Shown here: piece after piece, positions 12,680-24,728 of the stretch | Layout of the letters: each line of letters starts with the position of its first letter | Position numbering within the stretch: the stretch's first letter is position 1 | Source: Azolla caroliniana | Lineage: Eukaryota > Plantae > Polypodiophyta | Length of the DNA stretch: 64,000 nucleotides | NCBI GenBank assembly: GCA_043228905.1 | Contig: JBHGNT010000010.1 | Location: 1,364,001-1,428,000 of the forward strand | Direction of reading: 5' to 3' | Position numbers and translations under genes: made by a program | Notes under the pieces: generated by a model | Database searches by the model: none | Told to the model about the DNA's origin: nothing | Seen by the model: only the letters and a program-made list of their open reading frames with translations

Positions 12680-15600
12680 ATCAAAACTCACCGGTGGAGA
12701 ACCCGACACAACCAGTTGCACACAATGTGAAAAAGGGAAAGAAACTTCTTTTCCACGAGGATAATAGGGAACAACCATCTGATGAGGTTAGCCAAAAAAA
12801 GATGGTTGCAGCAACTAGTGGGGAGGACCTACCTGCCCGTGATTTGACAAACAATGAGTAGTGCATGCAATATATCGACTCGAAAAAGAAGGTTTTGTTA
12901 TATATACCGCAAAAAGAAGGGGGACGGTCAACTTGATAAAGAGAGACCCTTTAGTTATGGCCGTATCTTACAACTTGACTACGAAGACCACGATTCCCTC
13001 AATCTAATCATAATGGTGGAGTGCTCAGAGGGACTCCGAAAAATGTTCCTGTCTGAAGATTTTAAGGATTCTTGTGGTTCCGAATCTTTTAAACTCACCA
13101 TCGAGACTTCACAAAATTTGATAATAACATTAAGACCATATATACAAGACCATGTAACTCTAAGGGATGCCTCTCCATCCCCAGTAAAGGCCCCAAAAAA
13201 TGTCTCAAAGTTGCAATCGAGACCGGCAAAGAAAAAGATGACAAAGTTGTTAAACTTTGAATCGTCAAGCTCAATTGATGATGAGCAAACTCGGGCGACA
13301 CCAGGTGTTGAGCTAGCATCTGGTGTTTTGTCTTCTCAGCAGAATAAGATTCGAAGAGAGTTCATGCAAAAGAAATTGGTGAGAAAAAGTCAAGTCTTCA
13401 ATTTTTCCTATAACACACATTCATAGGCCACCACTAGATGTTAATACAGGACGAAGACCAGTTGACATTAGAGAGCCACATCAAATGCATGTTCAAAATC
13501 TCAAGAAGAAAAGGAAAATAAATCCACATGCGACAGTTGTACCGTTTATCGTAATGGTGGATCCTGACGAATGTTCCTCAGGTGAGTATTTTGATGTGAC
13601 TCGAAAGCACGATCAATACAATTACTTTGTAATTGGTCGATCACATTTGGTTGAAGCACGACGACAACTTGTAAGAGAGCACCCAATCACTTTCTTCTTC
13701 AAGTATGTCGAGTGCAAAATATATGTGCGTCTCACAACTGAAGTGGCAAAACTCTTGGTATGGGACCACAACAATGACAATGATTACCAACAGAAAATGT
13801 TGTCCATCGAGCGGATAAGGTTCTTCCATCATGAGTACTTGGACGTCAAACAAAAGTTCGGTGTAAAGCTACACCCTGGACTACGACGTCAATGTCTTCA
13901 TGAGGTAGGCATTGTTGTTGACCATAATGTTAAGTCAGATGATCTTCACAAGTATGAGTCATTGTTTCAACTAGCCTTTAGAGATGGGGAAGTCTAGGAC
14001 CTTCAAGATCAAAAATTTTCAATGTGGGAGAATAAGAAGGTCAAGGGTCAATGACAAAAGAAATGTGTAGTAGACCCCTAACTTGAATTGAAATCACAAG
14101 CGGCGAAGAAAATCGACTTGACAATTGAAGAAGCGGCCAATGACATGAAGTTGTCTTTGTGGAGAGCAATGCAAGGCATTAAGGATGAGCAACTTTTGGT
14201 GTTAGTGTTGTCAAAGGTTGTGGCGAAAGAATTGAGCCTCGAAGAGATGGTCACTGAGATCAACAAGTTTGCACACATAGTTAAATGAAACAGTTATGGT
14301 TTTATATAAAGTTCTAATTTCTATTAGTGATTTCACAACCATAAGTTATATATGAAGATCCTAGAAGTTATGATCAAACAACTTGGATGTATAAGTTGGG
14401 AAGAAGTGACTAGGGATTATCCTCTGACGTCTTCATATAAGGCGTTATCTGAGTATTTTATTGCATTCAAGGATTGGGTTAGTATTCGTCTTTATAATAA
14501 TGTTTTCTCAATATGTAGATGTTGTGTATTAATACTTGATGCCTTATTGTCTCTATTAGAAACTTTGTCGTTGCAAACCCGTGGCGTAAAACCAGGAGAA
14601 GTCAAGGATATACACGACTTTCCAACTTCCTTCCTTGCACATCTCGAGAGAGCCAGAAAAGTAAAAGATCGTTGTTTAGTCAAGGCATATGAAATTGAAG
14701 AGGATGGCTCCTTCAAAAAATTTAGCCACAAGAAAGACATTACAAAATATCTCTACTATAATGTGATATGTGGTGATGTCATAGAGATGATCCAGAAAGT
14801 ACCAAAGAAAGAATATGTACACTATTGATTGCATATATACCTTATGGATTTCGAATGGTTGGATCATCATACGACGATGAACCTTTCAGGTTAAAAAAAT
14901 TAGTAAAAATGGTTAAAGATTTTGCTAAACTGACAACTGCATCCTTGTGGAGGATAGTTGTGTTTCATAGTATGGACCAAGGGTACTTGGTAGCTCAAGC
15001 GTTGAGATCTCATTGGCACGGCATCAAGAACCTTACTTGATAAGGATTATTTATAAGTCTCATTCACCATACTTTCGTTCTTAATTTATAAAATCTATTC
15101 TTAACTCACCCACTATTTGTTATATGATAAAAACCAACGTCAATAAAGGACCGACCTTTCGGTTCGTAAATGCAATTGAGTACATTACGGTTGGCTACTT
15201 CGACGAAATAAAGAAACAAAGAATCAAGGAGCATTCTAATGAAGTTGGAGGTTCAAACCTGCTGGTATATCCAGCAGTCACACGAAAATTGCGACATGTC
15301 ACCAAGACAGAATGGGGACTTGTCAACCCATACCAAAAACCTCAACGACTTATGATGCGCTTGATCGAAATGTTCTCAATAGAAGGAGATTGGATATTAG
15401 ACCAATTTTCAGCATAGGTATTCTTCTAATTGGGTTTAGGTTGTTGATATAATCAATACTGATTCTTATGGTTCGATAACTAAGTCTTATTGCCCATTTC
15501 TTTACAGGTACAACGTTTGCATGCGCATTGAAGATCTTTAGAAATACGGTAGCATTGGAGAAGGACGAGGAGCCGGTTATATTTATAAATATGAGGATTA

Positions 15601-16140
15601 CGACTATGTGGGAATACCCAAACTAGGACGAGGAGGTCGGTGCAAAGCACATCGCTGATATGAAAAGGTTTCAACCGGCTTCCCGAGAGCCTATTCCTCT
15701 GTTAGTTGGGGAACTGGTGGAGCTAATTGAGCTTTATGATGAGCTTATAGAAGATCTTACGGTTTCTCGGCTAACAACCACTCTCTCTCTTGGGGAATGT
15801 GAAGACTCATAGTCATGGGGAATATGTAACTCATTAGTTATGTGTCGTAGAATATGATTCTATGACACATAGTTAATGTGTTGAGAGTAGTGGTGTGATT
15901 CTTGAACTTTGAGTAATCATAGATTCTCAAAAGGTTTGTTCACACGTTGTGCTATGTTGAGCTTGATTCTCAACATTTATATCCATTATTCTTGAGGTGA
16001 TATCTATCTGGGATAAAAACAAATTTCCATGAACAAGAGAGAAAACTAGAACTCACCCGATTGAAGAGGTCGAAGATGAAGAAGACAATAGAAGACCTGC
16101 AATGTATGTTGAGTATGTGGATGCCGATAACACAAGATTC
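12680..16140 (+). pseudogene. ParB/Srx-like domain fused to a beta-class N6-adenine/N4-cytosine DNA methyltransferase (N6_N4_Mtase-like), intron-containing, disrupted
   Basis: ParB-like: DIREPHQMHVQNLK..PFIVMVD..YFVIGRSHLVEARRQL. MTase: NVICGDVIEMIQKVPKKEY..LLIAYIPYG (motif IV, DPPY-like), then VNPYQKPQRLMMRLIEMFSIEGDWILDQFS.G|TTFACALKIFRNTVALEKD (motifs X, I, II). GT-AG introns at about 14478-14559 and 15418-15507. Gene ends are approximate. Confidence 0.85.
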
Positions 16141-16689
16141 CTTATTTCTATCGTTGCTTCTCGTACAGACTACCAAATTTAACTTGCTATATCTCGTTAC
16201 GAAGCTCTAATTGAGGTGTTTCTAACGCATGTCTTTGTGCCCAATTCCGTTGCCGATAGAGAACGCAACAATAAAAACACTAGGTTGGTTAAGCAAACTG
16301 TGAGGATCCAAGCTTCGTGGTTTTCAACAAGCCTCCCATATGATCAATGGCTATGCCACCTCTTGTTGATGAGGGGCACTTGTGCAACTTTGAGCTTCCT
16401 TGACCAAATAACCAAATTGATTCCCAACTTCTTTCCTCCATGCTTGCTTGACACCTTATCCTAGTTCAATGAAGGAAAAGACGATCCCAAAACAAAAACA
16501 AAAGAAGATGAAGGTGAGGTGATGCAAACTCCTCTCTCACACTCTAAAGTCTCCCAACCCTAAACTCCAAGTAGGAAGAAGAATCTCACTAACGTCTAAA
16601 ATCCCAAAAAATTTAGAAGAAGAAAATACTCAAAACCCTAAATCCAAAAATGGTTCATTCCCTCTATGGCGATCCTTTGTCCCCCTTTT

Positions 16690-17045
16690 TCTTTATTTTT
16701 TCCCTTTTGTATGTAGGAATATATTTCATAATGTGTTGAATCTTCATATGGGCATGGATTATGCATGACACCACCGTCAAGAATTGATAATGGTGCAATT
16801 AGATTTGAAGAGAGCTTATGATAATGTTAATTAGTCCTTTGTTTCTAGTTTAATGCATACAATGGGTTGTGGATCACGTAGGTCTCGTGTCATATTTTTA
16901 TTATGACAAGATGTGGTGTCCCAAGCAATGCTTAATGGAGGAATTACATCAGATATTGCCCTCACGAGATATGTTTGTCAAGGATTCCCACTTATCTCAT
17001 TGTTGTTTGTTATTGCTACTCATCCCTTGTTATTGACATATACGA
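16690..17045 (+). mobile_element. L1 reverse-transcriptase fragment
   Basis: VQLDLKRAYDNVN*SF and TRYVCQGFPLISLLFVIATHPL (cf. RQGCPLSPLLF). Confidence 0.75.
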
Positions 17046-17359
17046 TCTTCCAACTAATGACAACTTAACAAGATCAAACATTGTCTTTACAAGTGACTAC
17101 TAATCTCTTATATCATCGCTTCGTTGAATTTGTTTGATGGCTATAATTGAGCGTTGAACAAGAAGGGAAAGTATATAGTTTTAATTATGGATGCTGGCAT
17201 ATCTTAAAACGAAGTTGGCATTCTAAGTTGGCACTTGACTTCATTTAGAGAGTTTTGATTGGGGGTTTTAACTTTAGATTAGATATAAATTACATGGACT
17301 AGTAACAGGTAATTGCTTCTTTTACAGTAATCATTGTTTCATACAACGATCAATTACAG

Positions 17360-18548
17360 GATTTCTTCTCCATCCCCTAGCTCAAGATTCTGTTCAGATC
17401 CACGCATTCACACAGCTCTGCTTCCATTGCGGAGGATCCATCTTCTTCTCAAGTGTAGGGAAGAGCGGATTCATTTCCTAGAAGATCTCTCAGACATTGG
17501 TCAAAAGCTCTAATCTCGGCAAGATCTGCGATCTTCACATTTGGTTAAGGTTTTTTTTCATTACTTATAGGTTCATGATTGTTGGGAGACAGGTCCCTCC
17601 GGATGGGAAGGGAGAAGAACAGTGCCGATGAACAAACTCGGCCGAGGCCGAAACCGTATGAGGTGGACCCGGCTACGGAGAGCCGGATGATGCAGACCCG
17701 GTATGAACCGGATGAGGAGTACCCGGCTACGGAGAGCCAGATGGTGCAGACCCGGTATGAACCGGATGAGGAGGACCCGGCTACGGAGAGCCGGATAGTG
17801 CAGACCCGGTATGAACCGGATGAGGAGTACCCGGATGAGGAGTACCCGGCTACGGAGAGCCGGATGGTGTAGACCCGGTATGAACTGGATGAAGAGACAT
17901 ATTGGTAAATATGTTTCTGAGAGTCCATCGAGGATATATTTGTAAATAGCCGAAAAGTCATTTTAGTATAAATATGACTTAGGGAGAACTTTTAGTGTTG
18001 TTGTCATTCTTGTTTGAAAAAGAATAGAGAGAGCGCGTAACTGTGTACAGAGAGAGAGAGAGAGAGAGAAAGAGGTTGTTGCCTCTGTTGTAACTGCCGC
18101 CCGTGGCGAAGATCTGTGGGCACGAGGTCGTTGCCTCAGTGAACTCACTGTTGTACATTCTTACATAGTGACAGTTTGCAGCCTGTGGGCTGCCGTGGTT
18201 TTTCCCCTAGTTTGGGGTTTTCCACGTAAACCTCCTGTGTATTTTTTCTTCTTCTTTGTGTCGCGTTTTATTTCCCGTTTTCTGTGTATCATTCTAAGCT
18301 CGGTTGTGGCCGAGCATTGCGCATAAGGAGCGTTCAGTTCTCGTCAATGATGTGATGAGGAAAGAGGATGGGGTGCCAATTTGTAAAGAAGATGACCTTA
18401 TAATGGAACAACTTGTGGAACTTACTATCAAAGGATGTGGTTGCTTGATTGTGGTGGATGAGTATCACCATCTTATTGGTACCTTCACTGATGGTGACCT
18501 TCGTCAAACTCTTAAATCCTATAGTGAAAAGATCTTCCAGGTCACCAA
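17360..18548 (+). pseudogene. Arabinose-5-phosphate isomerase (KdsD/KpsF, plant SETH3-like) gene fragments: start of the SIS domain plus a CBS domain, split by a solo LTR
   Basis: QIHAFTQLCFHCGGSIFFSSVGKSGFIS*KISQTLV (SIS GVGKS motif). After an intron acceptor (ttatag, ending 17570) and LTR removal: [58 protein letters not shown]. Confidence 0.85.
17580..18346 (+). mobile_element. Solo LTR (family A) with internal 54-bp tandem repeats
   Basis: TG...CA ends and 5-bp TSD ATGAT (17575-17579 / 18347-18351). Homologous to 24729-25528 and 63460-64000. Confidence 0.9.
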
Positions 18549-19530
18549 AGTCCAATATCCAATCCCCTTCTCTTGAGAACCTCTCGATAAGGCACATCAT
18601 CAAACGTTGGGGCTTTTGGTAAGGATTGACAAGACCACGTTTCATTGTGGTGACATGTCTCAACTTACGAGTCACTGCTAGATACACCAGCAGATTAGAA
18701 CCCCCAACCTCATTCAAATGATCCTTTATCTGTTGTTTTCGTATTTCATCGAAATAGCCAATTGTGATGTATTTGATTCCGTTGATGAACCAAAACGTCA
18801 ATCCATTGTTCACGTTGGTCTTAATCTTGCCAAGTAAAGTTAAAAACCAAAAACCATAATAGGAATTGTATAGAAACAGTTGAAAGGCATTTAAATAATA
18901 CTTTATCAATGCAAATACAAATCTTACCAAACGAGGTTCTCGATACCATGGCATCGAGATCTCAAGGCTTGCACAAAGTCCTTGACCATTTTCTCTAACT
19001 GTTTGAACGAAAACGGTTCATCATTGTATGATGATCCTGCCATACGAAGCCCTATGGTATCTATGCTATCAAGAGTGTGTACTCTTTTTTCAACAGCTTC
19101 AGGACCATCTCTGCCACATCACCGCAATAGACGTTCTAATATAGATCTCGGGTGATATCTTTCTTGTTGCTAAATTTTTTGAAGAGGCCATCATCTTCAA
19201 CGTCGTACGCCTTTATGAGGCATCAGTCCTTTTCTTTTCGGGCCCTCTCGAGATGTGTGAGAAAGGATGTTAGAAAGTTGTGAATGTCTTTAACTTCACC
19301 AGGTTTTTTGCTACGACGTGGTTTCTACATATACCAAGCAATATAAAGATTAGTTACTTAATATCATTACTATACAATGTACTAAAATGAAAAATAAGCT
19401 TACCTAATCCTTAAACACAATGAAATATTCCGACAAAGCCTTGTACGAAGATGTTGTTGGATAGTCCTAGGAACAAGCAACCTAGTTGTTTCGTCATCAC
19501 CTCTTGGATTTTCATGTAAACCTTATGACG
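18549..19530 (-). pseudogene. Second, truncated copy of the N6/N4 DNA methyltransferase gene
   Basis: [70 protein letters not shown]. Same intron positions as the first copy. Confidence 0.85.
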
Positions 19531-19744
19531 AAAGAAACAAAAGCAAATGTTTCATCATCATCACCTCATGAAAGTAACGATGTCAGCTTATAACACTCAG
19601 AAATGTATATTTTTGCATGTAGATGTAACAAATTCATTTTTCTAAGAACTCAAGTGATATAAAAGTTATAATTATTTTGAACCATAAAATCCTTCAATTG
19701 TTGTTGATCTAGAAAACCATTAGTTCTCATTTTCTGCACACATT

Positions 19745-19929
19745 TGTGATGTCACTTTTCGAATTTGTCCCAAATTTACATATTTTCAATATTTTAAAAT
19801 GGTGGAATTTTGAGCTTTTTAAACATCTTTTTGAGAATATGTGACACTGGTATCAATGTGTTTCGTGAAGTGGATGTAAAAACCATAAAAACTTAGGGAA
19901 TATTCCTTATCCTTCGAAATATGTGACCC
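19745..19929. repeat. Terminal (TIR-like) sequence, inverted relative to 582-765
   Basis: See 582-765. Ungapped 70% match over 120 nt. Confidence 0.7.
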
Positions 19930-20714
19930 TATAAGCTGGTTCCAACAACATTTGACAAATGATGTAGTAGGTTGATCGATAACACTTTGGCCAAATGTTG
20001 CCCAAGGTTCTAAAGCATAGGGAATCAACCCTTACATTAGCATGTGGGATGCAAGGTCAATTGTACATCATTTATTTCACTAGAGAGCATGTAGAGAAAT
20101 GTCAATAACAATGGAGATCTCAAGTACTATGACATGAGTTGGCATATGGATTAGAAAATTACCAAATTATGGAGATAATGGCTAGCCATGTTTAATCCAA
20201 CTGAGGACACCCCAATACACTTGTTAAACTTTATCATAATGTCATTTTACCACACCAACTAACCTTAGAGAGGAATTTCAATTTCCATGATCCACGAGAC
20301 ACATAAAACTAAAAGTTTGTGTTCGAGTTGGATGGAAGGTATAGAAATTGGATTAGAAGGTTGGACGTGATAAACTTACTTGATGATGCATCAATAGATT
20401 TCTCTATGAATGAGGCACTTGTTGGCATAAAAGGTCGACTCCTTCCAATTTGTATCCTAGTGTGAACTTGTCTAAAGAGTTAGTGCTTAGTATATAAGCA
20501 ATAACCTAACGTTGTAAAGAGAGACCTCTTGATCATTCTTGCAAAGTGCGTCTCTAAGAGAGAGAGAGAGAGAACGAATGCAATAACAAAGCTTCCATTA
20601 AAAGCTTAAATCATGTCTATCTTCTGTTTATTCTCTTGCCCTCCTTCTATGTTGTTTGTTGAACACTACGACAGATCCTCACACATACGTTTCCGCACAT
20701 ATTAGATCCTCAAC

Positions 20715-20726
20715 TGGTATCAGAGC
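20715..20726 (+). promoter_or_regulatory. Primer-binding site (tRNA-iMet)
   Basis: TGGTATCAGAGC 2 nt after the LTR end. Confidence 0.9.
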
Positions 20727-23700
20727 GATCCGGAGCTCGGCGGCAACAAACAACAGAAAAAGTTGAAAGGAAAAAGACCAAGTCAATAAAATCTCACTTT
20801 CAAAGAAGAACATGGCTTCAACATTCGGAACATGAGTTGAAATCAGAAAATTTGATGGCAAAAACTCTCCCTTATGGAAGGAGATGATGCAGGATGTGTT
20901 GATCATCAGAAGACAAGTTGAAGTCATTCAACACAGTGAAAAACCTTCCTCGATGACTACCGAAGAATGGAGATCTACAAACGAAATCGCACGCTTCACC
21001 ATCCGAATGCATATGACCAAAAACGTCTACTTCAATATGGAAAAATAGACGACAATGTTCTCGTTGTGGGAGAAGCTACAAGCCATCTACGATAAAAAGT
21101 CCTCATCTTCAAAATTGGTCTTGATCAAACAACTGTTCAACATGAAGATGAGAGAGACTGATCCCGCTACCTCCCACATCTACACCTTCAACCGGGTGTT
21201 GTTAGAACTCTCCTCACAAGGGATCAACTTCGAAGAAGAAGTGAAAGTCCTTGCCCTTCTATTGAGCTTCCTGGCGAGTTGGGAGGTGTTCTGCACGACC
21301 AACACCAATAGACGACCGATCCTAAATCTGGATGAGACGATCGGTGAAGTTCTCACCGAGGACATTCGGTGAAAATCGATGGGACTCACCATCAACAAGT
21401 CGACATAAGCATATCACTCAACCGAGTCAATCGAGAAAACAAGCCGACAAAACCGGTCGGAACACCAACCGATCAAGAACGAGGGGAGACAGATAGCGGT
21501 CAAAGTCGAAAACGGGCCGATCAAGCAAATTCTGCACACATTGCAGAAAAGCTAGCCACAATGCTTCCGATTGTTGGTCGATCAAGAGGAAAGAGAGTGG
21601 TCAGTGATCTGAGTGAAATTGAGGACGACCCGACTCAGACCACTCTCCAGTCGGCAATCAAATCAACGTTGTCGACACCCGATTTGGAGAAATTCTCTCC
21701 TTAGAGGATTCAGTTATGGGAGAAGTCCTCTACAATGCACAAGATGCACACACGTGGCTACTGGATTCCGGTGCGACATTTCACGTGACCCCAAACATCG
21801 AATGGTTTTCGAACTATTCAGCTAATGCCAACGGCACAGTCCGACTAGGCAATGGGCAAGAGTGCAGAATCACAAGGATCGGAGAGGTTCCCATCTGATT
21901 TTGCCCAATGGCAACACAATAATCATGCACCAAGTCCGACACGTACCTGATCTAAAAAGAAGTCTGGTCTCCATCAGCGTGCTAGCCGAAGACGGGTACT
22001 GAACGACTCTCAGTGAGTCAACATGGAAGATCCACCGTGGAAATCTGAATATTAGAAGCAGGCACAAGTACAACAACTTGTACCCGATGATGGCGATCAA
22101 TCCAGAAGGGGTCGTGAATGTAGTTGAAAAGACCGACCCGAACTTATGGCATGGATGACTCGGCCATATGTCTCAAGCCGGACTCGATCGGTTGATGGCG
22201 GTTGGCTACATCCCTAAACTCCAAGCAAAGACGGACTTCTGCGAGCATTGTCGATACGGGATGAGTCCGCACTCTCTCCACTACGAGACGGTACGACAGA
22301 CCCTAGAGCTCATGCACACAGATATATGTGGGCCTATGCTAGAGCGATCATTAGGAGGCTGCCGGTACTTCATCACATTTGTAGATGATTGTACATGGAA
22401 GGTCTAGGCCTACTCCATCAGGTCCAAAGACGAAGCTCTCCGGGTCGTCATTTGGTAGAAATCTGAAGTTGAGAACCGGTCGGGATACACCCCCAAAGAC
22501 ACTCTGATCCGACAACAGAGTCGAATACACCTCCAAAGCCTTCAATCAATACCTGTTCGACAAAGGGATCCGGCATCAAAAAGACTGTTCCTTACACACC
22601 CATGCAGAATGGAGTGGCAGAACGGATCAACCGAACAATCCAAGAGAGGGTGACGGCAATGCTCCAGCAAACCGGACTAAAGCTGGAATTCTGGGCCGAC
22701 ACATTGCTGATGACAATCTACTTGATAAATGTATCGCCGTCGAGAGCAATAAGGCTCGAAGTGCCATGGGCACTTTGGTCAAGCAAAAGGCCGACCTATG
22801 ATAGGCTCCGTATATTCAGATGCGAAGCCTACGCGTTCATCCCCAGGGAGAAAAGGACCAAGTTGGAACCCCATGAGACGAAATGCATATTTCTCGGATA
22901 TGGAACCAATGGGGACTTTGGCTATCGGCTATGGGACCCTAAGAACTAGAAACTAATCTGGAGCAGTGATGTAGTCTTCAATGAAGGCTCTATCTTCTCT
23001 CTGCAAAACCAACAAAAAATAGTTGGTAAAAAGGTATCCTTCGAAGACGATAGAGCTGTCACAGAAGGACCCACCCACCGGGCCAACTGAGAGGCTCGTC
23101 AAACAATCGAACTCGAGCAAGCCGACAATACATCAGCCAACTCGGAATCGGCAATAGGTTCAAGAGTCGAACTCGAAGAGAAAGTCAAATCGACTAGAGT
23201 TGGAAATGACAGAGTCCAACGGACCAAAACACCAGATATGACTCAAGGGATGAATAGATCCGAGTCGACCGAGTACCCAAGGGAGAACAACACGACACCC
23301 TTGAACTCCCAACATGGGGGTGGGTCATCTAACAAGACTCCTAATACAACTGGTTCAACAAACGCCGATCGACCAATAAAGACGATCGAGGAAACCGAAC
23401 CACTCATTTCGGCACTCAGGAGATTTGGACGAGCTCGAAGGCCGATAGAGTTCTATCAACCGGGCCTCGACTATGTCAATTACACAGATGCAGGAAAACC
23501 AAGCACATATGAAGAAGCTACGGCCGAAACATGACTACAAGCCATGAAATCCGAAATGGACTCGATTAACAAGAATTAGACATGGGAGTTGGTCGAACTA
23601 CCAACTGGAAGAAAGACACCACCTTGCAAATGGGTTTTCCGATACAAACATGTATCTGAATCAGAGAAACCCAAGTACAAAGCTCGAGTTGTCGCGAAAG

Positions 23701-24728
23701 GGTTCAAACAAGAATATGGGGTTGACTATGACTAGATATTTTCACCATTAGTCAAGATGACCACCCTCAGACTCCTACTAGGAGTTGTAGTGACAGAAGA
23801 CCTGGAGCTCAAGCAGATGGACGTAAAGGCAGCATTCCTAGACAGAGATCTGGAAGAAGACATCTACATGTCTCAATCAGCAGGCTTCACGGCGACGGGG
23901 GAGGAAGGTCACTGAAGAAAAGTCCCTATGCCTTGAAACAGGCGCCAAGGATTTGGTACCAAAAGTTTGACTCCTACATTAGGCAACTTGGATACTGTCG
24001 ATCAAAATCCGACCCATGCCTATACATTCGGTAATTAGCCAACGAGTTTAGCATTTACCTGATCCTATATGTCGACGACATGTTGATTGCAGGTAGCAAT
24101 CAAACAGAAATAAGGAAGCTAAAGCAGAGCCTTCATGAAAAGTTTGCGATGAAGGAACTCGGACAAGACCGCCACATACTGGGCATGAGGATCGAGCGAA
24201 ATCGGACAACCAAGACTCTCGGACTCTCCTAGTCTGACTATAATATCCAAAAGGTGCTGAAGCGCTTGAACATGGAGAATGCGAAGCCAACACCAACACC
24301 GCATCCAACGTCGATCCGACTATTGGACAGAGACTCTCCTTCAACGGACAAGGAGAGAGAGCTTAATAGAAAGATGCCCTATGCATCGGCTGTAGGAAGT
24401 ATCATGTACGCAATGGTGGTGACCCTACCCGACCTAGCCTATGTCATAGGGGTAGTCAGCCGATACATGTCGAACCCAGGATAGAAGCATTGGGCGGCCG
24501 TCAAGGACATCCTTAGGTATCTAAAAGGAACCGTGGATGCACAACTGACTTTTGGTTTGACAACCTCAACTGAAGTAGAAGGCTACACTGACTCCGACTA
24601 TGCCGGAAATACGAACAATTGAAAGTCGAGATCAGGCTACATCTTCACCTATGGTGGTGGTGCGATATCATGGATGTCCAAACTTCAAGAGTGCACAACT
24701 CTGTTGACTACAAAGACCGAGTACATAG

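Noticed and set aside
17660-17890. Regular repeats resembling a CRISPR array, and repeat-encoded ORFs (also 25170-25440 and 63510-63740)
   Set aside because: Head-to-tail 54-bp units with no unique spacers, inside TG...CA LTRs. The ORFs arise from a stop-poor unit whose length is divisible by 3.
12680-19530. Bacterial contamination or a restriction-modification locus
   Set aside because: The gene has spliceosomal introns, is embedded among plant TEs, and has no cognate restriction enzyme or operon structure.
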